From contig CAZHUM010000005.1 in the NCBI GenBank assembly GCA_964535805.1, positions 1 through 58,768 on the forward strand: 58,768 bases of DNA. Direction: 5' to 3'. The translations under genes were made by a program, and so were the position numbers. How positions within the stretch are numbered: position 1 is the stretch's first letter; every line of letters starts with the position of its first letter. Shown here piece by piece: positions 30,551 to 40,458 of this stretch. This DNA comes from an uncultured Thermoplasmata archaeon. Lineage in GTDB: Archaea > Thermoplasmatota > Thermoplasmata > Halarchaeoplasmatales > Halarchaeoplasmataceae. Below the pieces are notes generated by a model. It made no database searches. It had not been told where the DNA came from and saw only the letters and a list, made by a program, of their open reading frames with translations.

Positions 30551-31186
30551 TTAAGAGGTCCAATCGTCTCGTTTTAATTCTTCGATCACCCCGTCCATCC
30601 TCTCGATCTCGACGATCGAAAAAACAGTCCCCTTCCTAGATAACCTTTCTAGGTTCTTACCCATCACCTTTTCTCTGTGCCTTTCAAGGTCGGTGTACCC
30701 GGATAGATGATTGATCCTTTCATCCCATTTTACAGCGAATTCTTCCGGTGTGGACGCATCGATATTGGTCTTCAGAAGCTTTTTCTCTATGAAGGACTGT
30801 CTTATCCACTGCAATCCGGATACGTGATCACAGTAAGCCATGGTGTAGTGCTCGTCGTCCATGTCTATGCCGTGGATCGGGATCTCGTTTTCTATACAGT
30901 ACTCGTAGAAAGAGATGTAGGAAGGTGGAGGCATACTAACGTCTCCGAACTCCTGTAGGTTTCTTGCATAGGCCTTCTCGGGTGTGGATAATTCAAGGTC
31001 GAAATCATCGGGGTTATCGATGAAGTACTTCAGGCCTTCCAGGTCCTCCTTTGAGATGGGCAATGCGCCGATATCGAAATCAGACCTTTTATATTCATTC
31101 AAAAGTTCGTTCGCTTTACTGACTAAACCCTTGACCGCACCCACTAGAAGTATTATTTTCCCCTGGGGAGACTGTAATCTTATCAT
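30551..31186 (-). CDS. Conserved hypothetical protein
   Basis: 211-aa ORF closely packed between co-oriented neighbours. Confidence 0.7.
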   Translation of the reverse strand: MIRLQSPQGKIILLVGAVKGLVSKANELLNEYKRSDFDIGALPISKEDLEGLKYFIDNPDDFDLELSTPEKAYARNLQEFGDVSMPPPSYISFYEYCIENEIPIHGIDMDDEHYTMAYCDHVSGLQWIRQSFIEKKLLKTNIDASTPEEFAVKWDERINHLSGYTDLERHREKVMGKNLERLSRKGTVFSIVEIERMDGVIEELKRDDWTS

Positions 31187-31189
31187 CGA

Positions 31190-32140
31190 TCAATTCTCCT
31201 TTGACCTTTCTTTCAGTAATTCTATGATACCGTCTTTGGAATCCAGGTACAACAGTTCTTCCTTGTTGATTATCGGTGTCCCTTCGATGTTGACGGTACT
31301 GTACTTCTCCCTGAGGAATATCACTCCGTCTTTTTCGGTTATACTGGATATGTTAGAAACGATATGTGCTTTCTTTTTTAACCTGGAATCTCCCTTGGTT
31401 CCAACACCGCTCAACAGGATTGTGTTCTCATCCGAGGTGACCGCCTCGAAAGGACATCTAGCAGTGGGTGTGATATCGTAGCCCATGGACAACAAAGAGT
31501 CGAATATGATCTTCTGGAATCCCGAGAATTCTTCGATACATTCATCCTGGTCTTCCAGTTCACCGTCGTACTCCAGTGGGTTCAAAGGTAGTATCAGGTC
31601 CTCGCCGAAGTACTCCTCTATTTTAAGGGCGACGTCAAGGTCGACTCCCATGCCGTCCTCGTACTTCTGTATGGCTTTCCGTGAGACGCCTGCGATGTCG
31701 GCTAATCTTCCCAGTGATATCCGCCTTTCTTTCCTAGCCTCTCTGAGCAGTTCGGAATCTATTGATACATAAAATCCGCCGGGTGCCGAGAAAACATAGG
31801 GCGGGACACCTTCCAGGAATAGATCGGAGAGAGTATCCGGGGTCAAGAGCGGTATACCTCTACGCGAGTAAATAACGCCCTTCTCCAGCTTTCTTCTACC
31901 TCCCTTCAATGATATGAACATGGGCGAACCGTCGATTGCATCGGATAAAATCTTCATCTCCTTGGCACTCTCTATACGTGAACTGTCGGCGTTGACCAGC
32001 ACGCTGATCACCAGTAAAAAATCGTCCTTCCTGGCTATGATATCGAAACTGATCCCCCTCTCGTTGTGCCTCTCCGATAGGTAAAATCCAGCTTTAGCTA
32101 AAATGTCACGCACTTGTTCAACCAGCTGGTACCTGTTCAT
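31190..32140 (-). CDS. Archaeal HTH transcriptional regulator (COG1395-like)
   Basis: SFDIIARK, APGGFYVSID, SLGRLADIAGVSRKAIQKYE. Confidence 0.88.
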   Translation of the reverse strand: MNRYQLVEQVRDILAKAGFYLSERHNERGISFDIIARKDDFLLVISVLVNADSSRIESAKEMKILSDAIDGSPMFISLKGGRRKLEKGVIYSRRGIPLLTPDTLSDLFLEGVPPYVFSAPGGFYVSIDSELLREARKERRISLGRLADIAGVSRKAIQKYEDGMGVDLDVALKIEEYFGEDLILPLNPLEYDGELEDQDECIEEFSGFQKIIFDSLLSMGYDITPTARCPFEAVTSDENTILLSGVGTKGDSRLKKKAHIVSNISSITEKDGVIFLREKYSTVNIEGTPIINKEELLYLDSKDGIIELLKERSKEN

Positions 32141-32223
32141 CAGTACTTTTATACATTTAAGGTTCTATATAATTGTGGCGGTTAATCGAAACCCCTATAA
32201 AACTCACCCCCTTTCCCGAAAAC

Positions 32224-32937
32224 ATGACCGAGATCATCTACATGCCCGATATCGACGGCAATTACGTCAAGGAGTTCGAAGCCGTGGTGGAGAGAGCCGG
32301 AGACGATTACGTAGTGCTGGACAGGACGGCTTTTTATCCCGAAGGCGGCGGCCAGCCCTCCGATAAAGGCGTTCTGAAGTGGGGGGGAAAAGAAACCCAG
32401 GTGACGAAAGTAGAGAAGAAAGGTGACATCATCCACAGGTTGAAGGGACCGATACCGGAAGAGGGAACGAAAGTCCGAGCCTACATCGATTGGGACCTGC
32501 GCTACGAACACATGAAGATGCACACCGTCCAGCACCTGCTTTCTGCTGTTGTTTTCGAGATGTACGGCGGTGAGACCGTGGGCAACCAGATCCACGCGGA
32601 TTACTCACGTGTGGACTTCGCACCCGTTAACTTATCCGATGAAGCTATCCAGAAGATCCAAGGTGAGGTGAATAGAGTAATCGAAAAAGGCCTCGACGTG
32701 TCGATCTACGAAGAGGACAGGGAGAAGCTGGAAGAGGAGATGGACGAAAAGAGGGTGAACCTATCGCTGCTGCCCAAATCGATCAAGCGCCTGAGGGCCA
32801 TCGACATCGACGGCTGCGACATCTGTCCCTGTGCCGGCACCCATCTAAGGAACACTGAAGAGATAGGATCCATCGAGATCACCAAGGTGGAGAACAAGGG
32901 CAAGGATAGGCAGCGCATCTACTACGAGTTGACATAG
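32224..32937 (+). CDS. alaXM: Alanyl-tRNA editing protein AlaX-M
   Basis: LDRTAFYPEGGGQPSDKG, HTVQH, CAGTH Zn-binding motifs. Confidence 0.93.
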   Translation: MTEIIYMPDIDGNYVKEFEAVVERAGDDYVVLDRTAFYPEGGGQPSDKGVLKWGGKETQVTKVEKKGDIIHRLKGPIPEEGTKVRAYIDWDLRYEHMKMHTVQHLLSAVVFEMYGGETVGNQIHADYSRVDFAPVNLSDEAIQKIQGEVNRVIEKGLDVSIYEEDREKLEEEMDEKRVNLSLLPKSIKRLRAIDIDGCDICPCAGTHLRNTEEIGSIEITKVENKGKDRQRIYYELT

Positions 32938-32946
32938 TACTGAAGA

Positions 32947-33873
32947 TTACAACCTGTTAACCACATCTATCAGAAGTGTATTGATTTTATCTATGGATTC
33001 GTAGAGATCCTTCTCATCGATATCAGTCAATACGAACTCTCTTTCATCACCCCAACTGAAAAGATCTTTGTTGGACAACATCGGTCTCTTATCATCGAGA
33101 TTTTCCCTGTATTTCTTGTATAGTTCTAGGCTAAAATTTGTTTTTCTTACTATATCTTCGGTGTACTGAAATATTTCGATATCCCCTTCACTGCATATCT
33201 TGTGGATGTCTACGAAGTCTCTAGCCTTAACGCCTCTCCGCAACAGTATGCTCCTTACCTTCTCGCACAATATCTCTCTTATATCATATGAAGGAAGGAC
33301 TATTTCAGTGGTGTATTTTTCGTAATCCTCAGGAAAGATCGATTCTATATTCAATGTTCCTCGGTCCTCTATCAGATTGACGGCGTCTTTATTGATCGAG
33401 GGGTAGATTATGTCTTCCACAAAATTGATCTGGACCTTAATAAAAGAAGTGGTTTTCAATAACTCGGATTCATACCAAAATTTGAATGTTACCATCTTAT
33501 TACTCCCCCCTATCTCGACCCATCTTTTATCCCCTTTATCGCATATGAATTCCAAGCCAGCTTTTTCACATATTCTTTCGAACCGATCCCCTATCTCATC
33601 GATAACGTCTGAAAGATATCTTCTTATCTCTTTACCCGATTTATTAAGGAAGGTTTTCTGATCTCTCCACGTAAAATCTAGATCTTCAGAGAACCGATAG
33701 TATCCTAGATAACATTTGATAAGGCATGTTCCTCCTTTGAATATCAAATTCCTTCTGAGCATACTGTCTTCTGATATTTCACGGAGTAGATTATGCAAGA
33801 TCACATCTTTTTCTACCAGATCGACTCTGTTGATATCTAAAGCTTCGGAAATCTCATCAATAAAAGGTTTCAT
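32947..33873 (-). CDS. abiEii: AbiEii/AbiGii-family nucleotidyltransferase toxin (type IV TA)
   Basis: VEKD, FKGGTCL, YRFSEDLDF, EKVRS, RDFVD. Confidence 0.92.
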   Translation of the reverse strand: MKPFIDEISEALDINRVDLVEKDVILHNLLREISEDSMLRRNLIFKGGTCLIKCYLGYYRFSEDLDFTWRDQKTFLNKSGKEIRRYLSDVIDEIGDRFERICEKAGLEFICDKGDKRWVEIGGSNKMVTFKFWYESELLKTTSFIKVQINFVEDIIYPSINKDAVNLIEDRGTLNIESIFPEDYEKYTTEIVLPSYDIREILCEKVRSILLRRGVKARDFVDIHKICSEGDIEIFQYTEDIVRKTNFSLELYKKYRENLDDKRPMLSNKDLFSWGDEREFVLTDIDEKDLYESIDKINTLLIDVVNRL

Positions 33874-34496
33874 AACAGATCCTCCAAGGTTCGTTTCACG
33901 GACATGGGATAATGTTCCGAGTATTTCCTGATCCTGTCCTCAGTGATATATCCTCTGTATTCTGAGATGTCCATCATTATCCTCTTCTCCTCCTTACCGT
34001 TGTAACGCCATAGATAGATAAAATCCAAGATAGTCTTGTCGATATCCGAATGCATGTAGGGCTCCTCTATTACACCGAATCCGAAGAGGCCTTCTTTCAG
34101 TTTTGTGAACTTGAATTCATGACCTGCGATCTCCATGATGTTCTTTCTGAATATCGAATCGTTCAAAACGTACTCTACGGCGAAATGCTCGTGTGTTGCA
34201 TTGTTCAACTTCAACGCGGTGTTTAGACCGAAGTACCACTCCGAAACACCCTTCAATTCCATACCTCTGGAAACCAAATCAAGATGTGAATATTTTGTTT
34301 TACCGAACTTCACTTCTTCCAACGTCTTTACATAGAAGACCCCTCTGAATATTCTAAGAAGGTAACCACGAGAAAGGAGATTTCGGATCGTATTGTTGTA
34401 GTCCAGGTCGAATGTAGAGCAGTAATTCTTGACCTCATCTGAGGTGACGAATTCTTTATCTTCTAGATGTAGTTTTTTTAACACGGGATTCCTCAT
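33870..34496 (-). CDS. abiEi: AbiEi-like antitoxin/transcriptional regulator
   Basis: N-terminal wHTH (LLSRGYLLRIFRGVFY), YFGLNTAL, DKTILD; 4-nt overlap with the toxin. Confidence 0.85.
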   Translation of the reverse strand: MRNPVLKKLHLEDKEFVTSDEVKNYCSTFDLDYNNTIRNLLSRGYLLRIFRGVFYVKTLEEVKFGKTKYSHLDLVSRGMELKGVSEWYFGLNTALKLNNATHEHFAVEYVLNDSIFRKNIMEIAGHEFKFTKLKEGLFGFGVIEEPYMHSDIDKTILDFIYLWRYNGKEEKRIMMDISEYRGYITEDRIRKYSEHYPMSVKRTLEDLL

Positions 34497-34656
34497 TTAT
34501 ATCACAATGGTCCATTTATCGATACTTTATGATATGTATTATAATGTATATAAACGTTGTTATAGTGACGTATAATAGGAGTACAGATATTATATGTGTA
34601 TATATGTGCAGTCAATTTATTTATAGCTTATTATATAATGTCTAACGGTGGATACA

Positions 34657-34776
34657 TTGAGTGATACAACTACCATCTAGGTCAAAAAGAAAACACCCAA
34701 AAGACTACAGGAAGAGAAGAAGAGGAAGGTGTACGAAAGACTAATCAATAAATTGTCTAATCTAAAGAATAGATGA
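34657..34776 (+). pseudogene. Small RHH/VapB-type antitoxin-like remnant with in-frame TAG
   Basis: SD-like GGTGGA then TTG: MSDTTTI*VKKKTPKRLQEEKKRKVYERLINKLSNLKNR, resembling the archaeal TTIQV...L...K...Y...I..L pattern. Confidence 0.5.
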
Positions 34777-34827
34777 AGCTCAATCGCAAGACTTAAAAAC
34801 ACTCTTCCAATCGGAAACCTAGTTAGT

Positions 34828-35343
34828 ATGAGAGCCGAGTCAATCGCATGTAATTATGTGGTGAAAAAGGAGAACCGCAGCAGAGAGCTGGTGATAAACT
34901 GCAAAGACTGCAGTGATGATTTTAAGTTAAGTAAGTGCCTGGGAGGTATCATCCTCGCCATGGAAGGGGAGTACAATATAGATGCACTCATCCTATCGGA
35001 TTACCTGGAACGGCAGTATTCTAAAGAAGTCCTGGGTATACTTGAAGATATACGGGATATATCCGAGGAACTGGAACAGCTGGCATCCAGAAGGATGAAC
35101 GAGAAAAAGTGCCGCGACTGCAAAATCAATCCAGGAAAGATGTACTCCGAGATCAGAAAAACCCTCGTGAGTTCACCTGAAGATATCTATAAATCCTTTT
35201 CAGAGTACTCTAAACTGCTGATGAAGAAGGAAGGCTGCACACAATGCAGAAAATCATCTAAAGAAGAACTTACATTGATCGGAGAAAGGCTGCTGGACCT
35301 TAGGAACAAGATCATGAGAGAAGCATTCGACGTGGTGGGGTGA
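34828..35343 (+). CDS. Cys-rich protein upstream of the pilus ATPase (possibly its N-terminal domain)
   Basis: CKDC, CRDC, CTQC motifs; ends 22 nt before the ATPase ORF. Confidence 0.7.
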   Translation: MRAESIACNYVVKKENRSRELVINCKDCSDDFKLSKCLGGIILAMEGEYNIDALILSDYLERQYSKEVLGILEDIRDISEELEQLASRRMNEKKCRDCKINPGKMYSEIRKTLVSSPEDIYKSFSEYSKLLMKKEGCTQCRKSSKEELTLIGERLLDLRNKIMREAFDVVG

Positions 35344-35365
35344 AAAGATCCGTTATGCCAATCTA

Positions 35366-37069
35366 TTGAAGAAGATAAGTTCGGTCAAAAAAGATCGTAT
35401 CCAACGCGGTCTTGAGGCGATCGTAGACAACAATCAAAATATCAGACCCGGGTTCTCTTATACCTGGGTGTCATCCAGCTTACCCAACGATGCCGTTACC
35501 ATGTACGAATATCCAGTGGACGGTACGACCATAAGAATACATCGATTGCCCTCGGAAACCGAGGATCTTTACATGATAATGCCCCCCGAGTACAAGATGC
35601 CAAAACAACAGGCGAAGCTGGTATCACTTGTTAAACAATCACTCTCCGAGCATTATCCATCTACGATGAAGTTGAACCGCCCAGAGCAGGTTCGAGAGTA
35701 CATCCAATCCGAGGGAAGGCGCCTTCTGGTCAGGACCGCCAAGAAACTCGATATCGAGTTGGGTGAGAACAGGGAAGAGAGCATCGACAGAGTGAATGAA
35801 CTGGCGGATATACTGTGCTCGTACACCGTCGGCTACGGCATCCTGGAGACCCTCCTCAAGGACCCACACGTTGAAGACATCTACGTGGACGCCCCTTCGG
35901 ATTCCAATAACATCTATCTGGAGCTGGGAGGTATCGATGATGTCAGGGACAAGTGCAGGACCAACGTCTTTCTCTCAAGCAAGGATATGAACAGTACCCT
36001 TTCACGCTTCAGATCTGAGAGCGGTAAGCCCTTCTCGGAAGCATTTCCAGTCCTAGAAACGGACCTAAGCCAGTACGACACTAGGGTGACCGTGATCGGC
36101 TCACCTCTAAGTCCAGATGGAACCGCGTTCGCACTGAGAAGAAGAGATACCGAACCGTGGACTTTACCAAGATTGATCAAAGCGGGCAGCTTGACACCCC
36201 TAGCAGCTGGTCTCCTATCCTTCATGATCGACGGCAGGAGTACCATATTAGTAGCGGGCAGCAGAGGTGCCGGGAAAACGACACTCTTAGGTGCTTTGAT
36301 GCTGGAATTCCCCAAGAGCCAGAGGATCCTCACCATAGAAGATACCAGGGAACTCCCCAGCAGGGAGATGCAGAAGCTGGATTACAACATCCAAAGTATG
36401 ACCGTGGGTTCTTCACTTGAAGAGGGTGGACTGACAGCGGACCACGCACTAAAGGTTTCTCTCAGGCTGGGTGAATCATCCATCGTTCTCGGAGAGGTCA
36501 GGGGTCAGGAAGCAAGGACTCTATACGAAGCCATGCGAGCCGGAACAGCGGGAAGCGCCGTGATGGGCACCATACACGGCAACTCACCCATGGCGGTTTA
36601 CGAGCGTGTGGTACACGATATGGGCATCTCAAAAGAGAGCTTCAGCGCCACCGATCTGATCGTCATCGCCGGTATAATCCGCCCGGGTGGGATGCAGACC
36701 AGGAAGAGAAGAGTTACACACATATCAGAATACGATGATGCAAGTTTCAACGACCTTATGAACTTTGAAGACGAACTGAAGGCGACGGATTTCTTAAAAA
36801 GAAATTCTGAGAAGATAGGAGAGATAGCAAGGTCATGGGGACTGACTTATCAACAAGCTATAGAGAACATCAACCTTCGAGCTTACATAAGAGAAGAGAT
36901 GGTGAAAGCATCCAAAGTGAAAGGCGATTCGATACTCAAACCCGCTTGGATAGCCGAGGCAAACGACAGATTCTGGAATCTGATAGAGAAATATCACGGA
37001 ACTGGTTCTTACGAAGAAGTGAAAAGAGAATGGACGGAATGGTATCAAAAGAGAATAAAATATGTCTAG
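35366..37069 (+). CDS. Type II/IV secretion / type IV pilus assembly ATPase (VirB11/CpaF/FlaI family)
   Basis: Walker A GSRGAGKTT, TIEDTREL, LRLGESSIVLGEVRG, GTIHG; start uncertain. Confidence 0.92.
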   Translation: MKKISSVKKDRIQRGLEAIVDNNQNIRPGFSYTWVSSSLPNDAVTMYEYPVDGTTIRIHRLPSETEDLYMIMPPEYKMPKQQAKLVSLVKQSLSEHYPSTMKLNRPEQVREYIQSEGRRLLVRTAKKLDIELGENREESIDRVNELADILCSYTVGYGILETLLKDPHVEDIYVDAPSDSNNIYLELGGIDDVRDKCRTNVFLSSKDMNSTLSRFRSESGKPFSEAFPVLETDLSQYDTRVTVIGSPLSPDGTAFALRRRDTEPWTLPRLIKAGSLTPLAAGLLSFMIDGRSTILVAGSRGAGKTTLLGALMLEFPKSQRILTIEDTRELPSREMQKLDYNIQSMTVGSSLEEGGLTADHALKVSLRLGESSIVLGEVRGQEARTLYEAMRAGTAGSAVMGTIHGNSPMAVYERVVHDMGISKESFSATDLIVIAGIIRPGGMQTRKRRVTHISEYDDASFNDLMNFEDELKATDFLKRNSEKIGEIARSWGLTYQQAIENINLRAYIREEMVKASKVKGDSILKPAWIAEANDRFWNLIEKYHGTGSYEEVKREWTEWYQKRIKYV

Positions 37070-39047
37070 GTTCTACGAAAATGCGTGCAAAGCGGTGGCT
37101 GGACGTTTCGGTCCAACAAGGGAAGAGATCGGAGAGAAGAAGGAGAAGAGAAAGGAAAAATATATTCAAAAGGGTAAGGAACATAGGAAAACCGAGAGCG
37201 CACTTAAGGAAGCCAAGATCGTTCATGGAAAAGAATCAAAGGAATACGGAAGATTAAAAGATAATCATGAGAAAACCCAAAAAGAACTGGAAAACGCTGA
37301 GGAACAGTACAAAAGAAAGAAATTTAAAAAGACCACGTATGTTACAAATCTGGACCTCGAATACGAAGAGGTACTCATATTCTCTGTTTTCAATTCCCTG
37401 ATAACCTTTATCCTGATCGCAGCATCCATGATAGTAGTACATCAATTCCATCCCCTTTCACTTTACGAGATCCTAGTTTATGTTCTACCTACCGTCTTGA
37501 TCCTCCCCATGGCCGTGCTCATTTTCACCGCGGATTATCCCGATATATTGGAGAGGCGATTGAAAGCTGAAACGATCGGAAAAGCTCCGGAGAGTATCAA
37601 TTACATGACCATGTCCATGAGGGTGACTCCATCGCTGTACAGGGCAGTACAGTTCTCAGCCGATAACACCGAGCCACCGATATCCACAGGTCTTAAAAAA
37701 GTGCTCTGGGATGTTTACACGAGAACGGAATCCAGCCTTGAGGAGTCCTTCATCTCCTTCGCGATGGAGTGGGGAGAATGGAACAAAGACCTCAAGAGGG
37801 CGCTTTACTCGGTCAGGTCTGCCATGCTGGAGAGGACCAAGGAGGGTCTGAATTCTTCACTGGAGAAAGCTAACGATATCATAATCAGCGGGACAAAGAG
37901 GCAGGTAGAAGACTTCGCCAACTCCCTTGGTACCCCGACCACCATCCTTTTCGCCATCGGGATACTTCTCCCTCTGATAATCGGTGCCATGCTCCCTATG
38001 GTAGCACTCGGAGGTCTAGATATAACCAGCACGACGTCAAATGAACCCACACAGAGTCCTATAGGCCTATCACACACCGTTCTGCTGATGGACGTGATAG
38101 CACCTCTTGGAGCCTTCTTATACTCCTATAAGATCCTAGGTGATAGACCGGGAACTTCCTCACCTCCGGAGATAGAGAAAGAAGGCGACGAAAGAAAGAT
38201 CCTTATCCAAGCCCTGGTCCTCACCGTTTTACTGACCTCAGCCGTCATATTATTCTCCACGCAGCTATCATCTCTGATGCCACTTCCCTATTTCTGGCCC
38301 CCTATCCTTTTCGTATCTTATTATTTCCTGAAAACTTCTTGGAAGAAAAGGAGGCTGAGAAAAGAGATAATAGAGATGGAAAGAGAGTTTCCCGATGCAC
38401 TTTTCCAGCTGGGCAGCAGGATCGCGGAGGGCATGCCTCCCGAAAGAGCCTTCCTAAAAACCAGTGAATCCATGAAAGGGACCAAGGTAGGAGACCTTCT
38501 CCAAGAGATATCATGCACACTTCAGATCAATAGATTACCACTGGAAGAAGCTCTGTTCGGTGAAACCGGGATCTTAGAAGATCATCCATCTCGAACCATA
38601 AAAGCTACGATGAAAACCGTGGTCGATATTACAAAGAAAGATCCACAGGAAGCCGGTAAAACCATCATCCAGATATCCAACTACTTGAGAGATATGGAGG
38701 AGATGGACCACGATATCAAGTCCCGGCTCAGCCAATCGGTGGAGATGATGAAGGGAACCGCCCTCGTTTTCGCACCGGTCGTCATGGGTGTGGTGAGCTC
38801 ACTTTATTTCATGCTTTACTCCATCTTCTCGGAGATAACCAACATGCAGATGATCTCTCCGACTGCTTTTACCGCCGTCGTAGCGCTATACCTCGTTCTG
38901 ATGAGTATAGTGATAACTTACTTCACCACTGGAATCAAATCCAGGTTGGACCCTATAGAATTCAAATACAATATAGGGATCATGCTGCCTGTATCTATAG
39001 CCGTCTTTTCCCTCAGCCTATTGATAGGAAAAATGGGTATCGGGTGA
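37062..39047 (+). CDS. Type IV pilus membrane platform protein (TadB/TadC/FlaJ-like, two T2SSF domains)
   Basis: Multiple TM helices, EFPDALFQLGSRIAEGMPPERA; overlaps the ATPase gene. Confidence 0.85.
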   Translation: MSRFYENACKAVAGRFGPTREEIGEKKEKRKEKYIQKGKEHRKTESALKEAKIVHGKESKEYGRLKDNHEKTQKELENAEEQYKRKKFKKTTYVTNLDLEYEEVLIFSVFNSLITFILIAASMIVVHQFHPLSLYEILVYVLPTVLILPMAVLIFTADYPDILERRLKAETIGKAPESINYMTMSMRVTPSLYRAVQFSADNTEPPISTGLKKVLWDVYTRTESSLEESFISFAMEWGEWNKDLKRALYSVRSAMLERTKEGLNSSLEKANDIIISGTKRQVEDFANSLGTPTTILFAIGILLPLIIGAMLPMVALGGLDITSTTSNEPTQSPIGLSHTVLLMDVIAPLGAFLYSYKILGDRPGTSSPPEIEKEGDERKILIQALVLTVLLTSAVILFSTQLSSLMPLPYFWPPILFVSYYFLKTSWKKRRLRKEIIEMEREFPDALFQLGSRIAEGMPPERAFLKTSESMKGTKVGDLLQEISCTLQINRLPLEEALFGETGILEDHPSRTIKATMKTVVDITKKDPQEAGKTIIQISNYLRDMEEMDHDIKSRLSQSVEMMKGTALVFAPVVMGVVSSLYFMLYSIFSEITNMQMISPTAFTAVVALYLVLMSIVITYFTTGIKSRLDPIEFKYNIGIMLPVSIAVFSLSLLIGKMGIG

Positions 39048-39057
39048 GTTAGTAAGA

Positions 39058-39588
39058 TCACTTGTTCTTTTGTACTAGCTCTACACCCTTTTTCAACGCG
39101 TCCATGTTCAATTCGATGAATCTACTCGGTACGCTGTCCTTAACGGAGTTCTGAAGAGACACCTCTGGTACCAGGTCAGCAGCTTCGTTGAATCCGCCCA
39201 GCATGACTATGTTGGCAACGATCTTGTTGCCCAGGTCTTCAGCCATCTTGGTCGCCGGGATCTCGATGGCACCTTCGAAATCGTAGTTAACCACCAAATC
39301 GGGGTCTAGAATGACAACTGAATCTTCAGTTAGATCTCCGTGGTACTTGTCCCAAGCGGGCTGACTCATCACCATCATGTACTCCGTGGTCGGCAGCCCG
39401 CAGTAACCTATCTCCCTGTCCGATATGATGACTTCTGATCTAGCTGCTCCACCCCTAGCCTCGGGTCCGTAGCTCTGCATCTGCACGGCGTTGTAGTCGT
39501 GGAAAACCGATGCTGCTTTTCCCAGTATATAGCCGGCGGTCATGATCCCCTGGCCACCGCTCCCGCACAATCTAGCGTTCTTCCTCAT
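39058..39588 (-). CDS. korG: 2-oxoacid:ferredoxin oxidoreductase gamma subunit
   Basis: GSGGQG, SYGPEARGG, NIVMLG. Confidence 0.92.
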   Translation of the reverse strand: MRKNARLCGSGGQGIMTAGYILGKAASVFHDYNAVQMQSYGPEARGGAARSEVIISDREIGYCGLPTTEYMMVMSQPAWDKYHGDLTEDSVVILDPDLVVNYDFEGAIEIPATKMAEDLGNKIVANIVMLGGFNEAADLVPEVSLQNSVKDSVPSRFIELNMDALKKGVELVQKNK

Positions 39589-40457
39589 CCTATAGCCTCC
39601 ATAAGTTCTTCATACCTTTCATCCAGCGATTTCTTCCTAACGTTATGGAGTACACCTACCTTGATCTTGTCTTTAACCTCTTCTTTCTCATCGTCACTAC
39701 CGTACTTCATTATCATGTCGTAGTCCTCTTTGAGTATGGTGGTCTCCTTGTAGAAGTTCCAAAGGTCCTTGATCTCTCTGAATTTATTCCTTCTTCCGTA
39801 TGCTGTTGTACAGGGTGACATCATCTCTATAAGGCTGAATCCCTTGTTCTGTAGGCCCTCTTGAATAGAGTTGATCGGCTGGTTCGGTCGATTAACAGGC
39901 CATCTTGCCACATATGAAGCACCGGCTGCGATGGCCATACTGCTAATATCGAATGGCGGTTCGATACATCCGTAGGGTGCGGTTGTAGCAAAATCACCTT
40001 CTGGCGTCGTCGGAGCAACCTGCCCTCCGGTCATACCGTATATGAAATTATTGACAGCAATCACCGTGATATCTATATTCCTTCTTACCGCATGGATAAA
40101 GTGGTTACCACCTATACCGATACAGTCACCGTCTCCGGTGAATACGACGACGTTTAGATCTGGATTTGTTACTTTGACTCCGGTTGCAAACGCTAGTGCC
40201 CTGCCGTGAGTGGTATGGAGGGCATCGACTTTGACATATCCAGGTATCCTAGAAGAACATCCTATTCCGGATAGGAACACTGTATTGTCCATATCGAGCC
40301 CTTCTTTTTCTATCGCCCAAAGAGTGTAATCCAATACATTACCTAGACCGCAACCGTTGCAGAATATGTGCGGCATCATCTCCTTTCTCAAGTATTTCTC
40401 TCTGATCTTTTCACCGCTAGCTACGTCCACATTCTTTGCTTTATCCTCTGATACCAT
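39585..40457 (-). CDS. korB: 2-oxoacid:ferredoxin oxidoreductase beta subunit
   Basis: FCNGCG, GIGCS, HGRA, GDGD...NN TPP motif, YGMTGGQ. Confidence 0.94.
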   Translation of the reverse strand: MVSEDKAKNVDVASGEKIREKYLRKEMMPHIFCNGCGLGNVLDYTLWAIEKEGLDMDNTVFLSGIGCSSRIPGYVKVDALHTTHGRALAFATGVKVTNPDLNVVVFTGDGDCIGIGGNHFIHAVRRNIDITVIAVNNFIYGMTGGQVAPTTPEGDFATTAPYGCIEPPFDISSMAIAAGASYVARWPVNRPNQPINSIQEGLQNKGFSLIEMMSPCTTAYGRRNKFREIKDLWNFYKETTILKEDYDMIMKYGSDDEKEEVKDKIKVGVLHNVRKKSLDERYEELMEAIG

Positions 40458-40458
40458 C

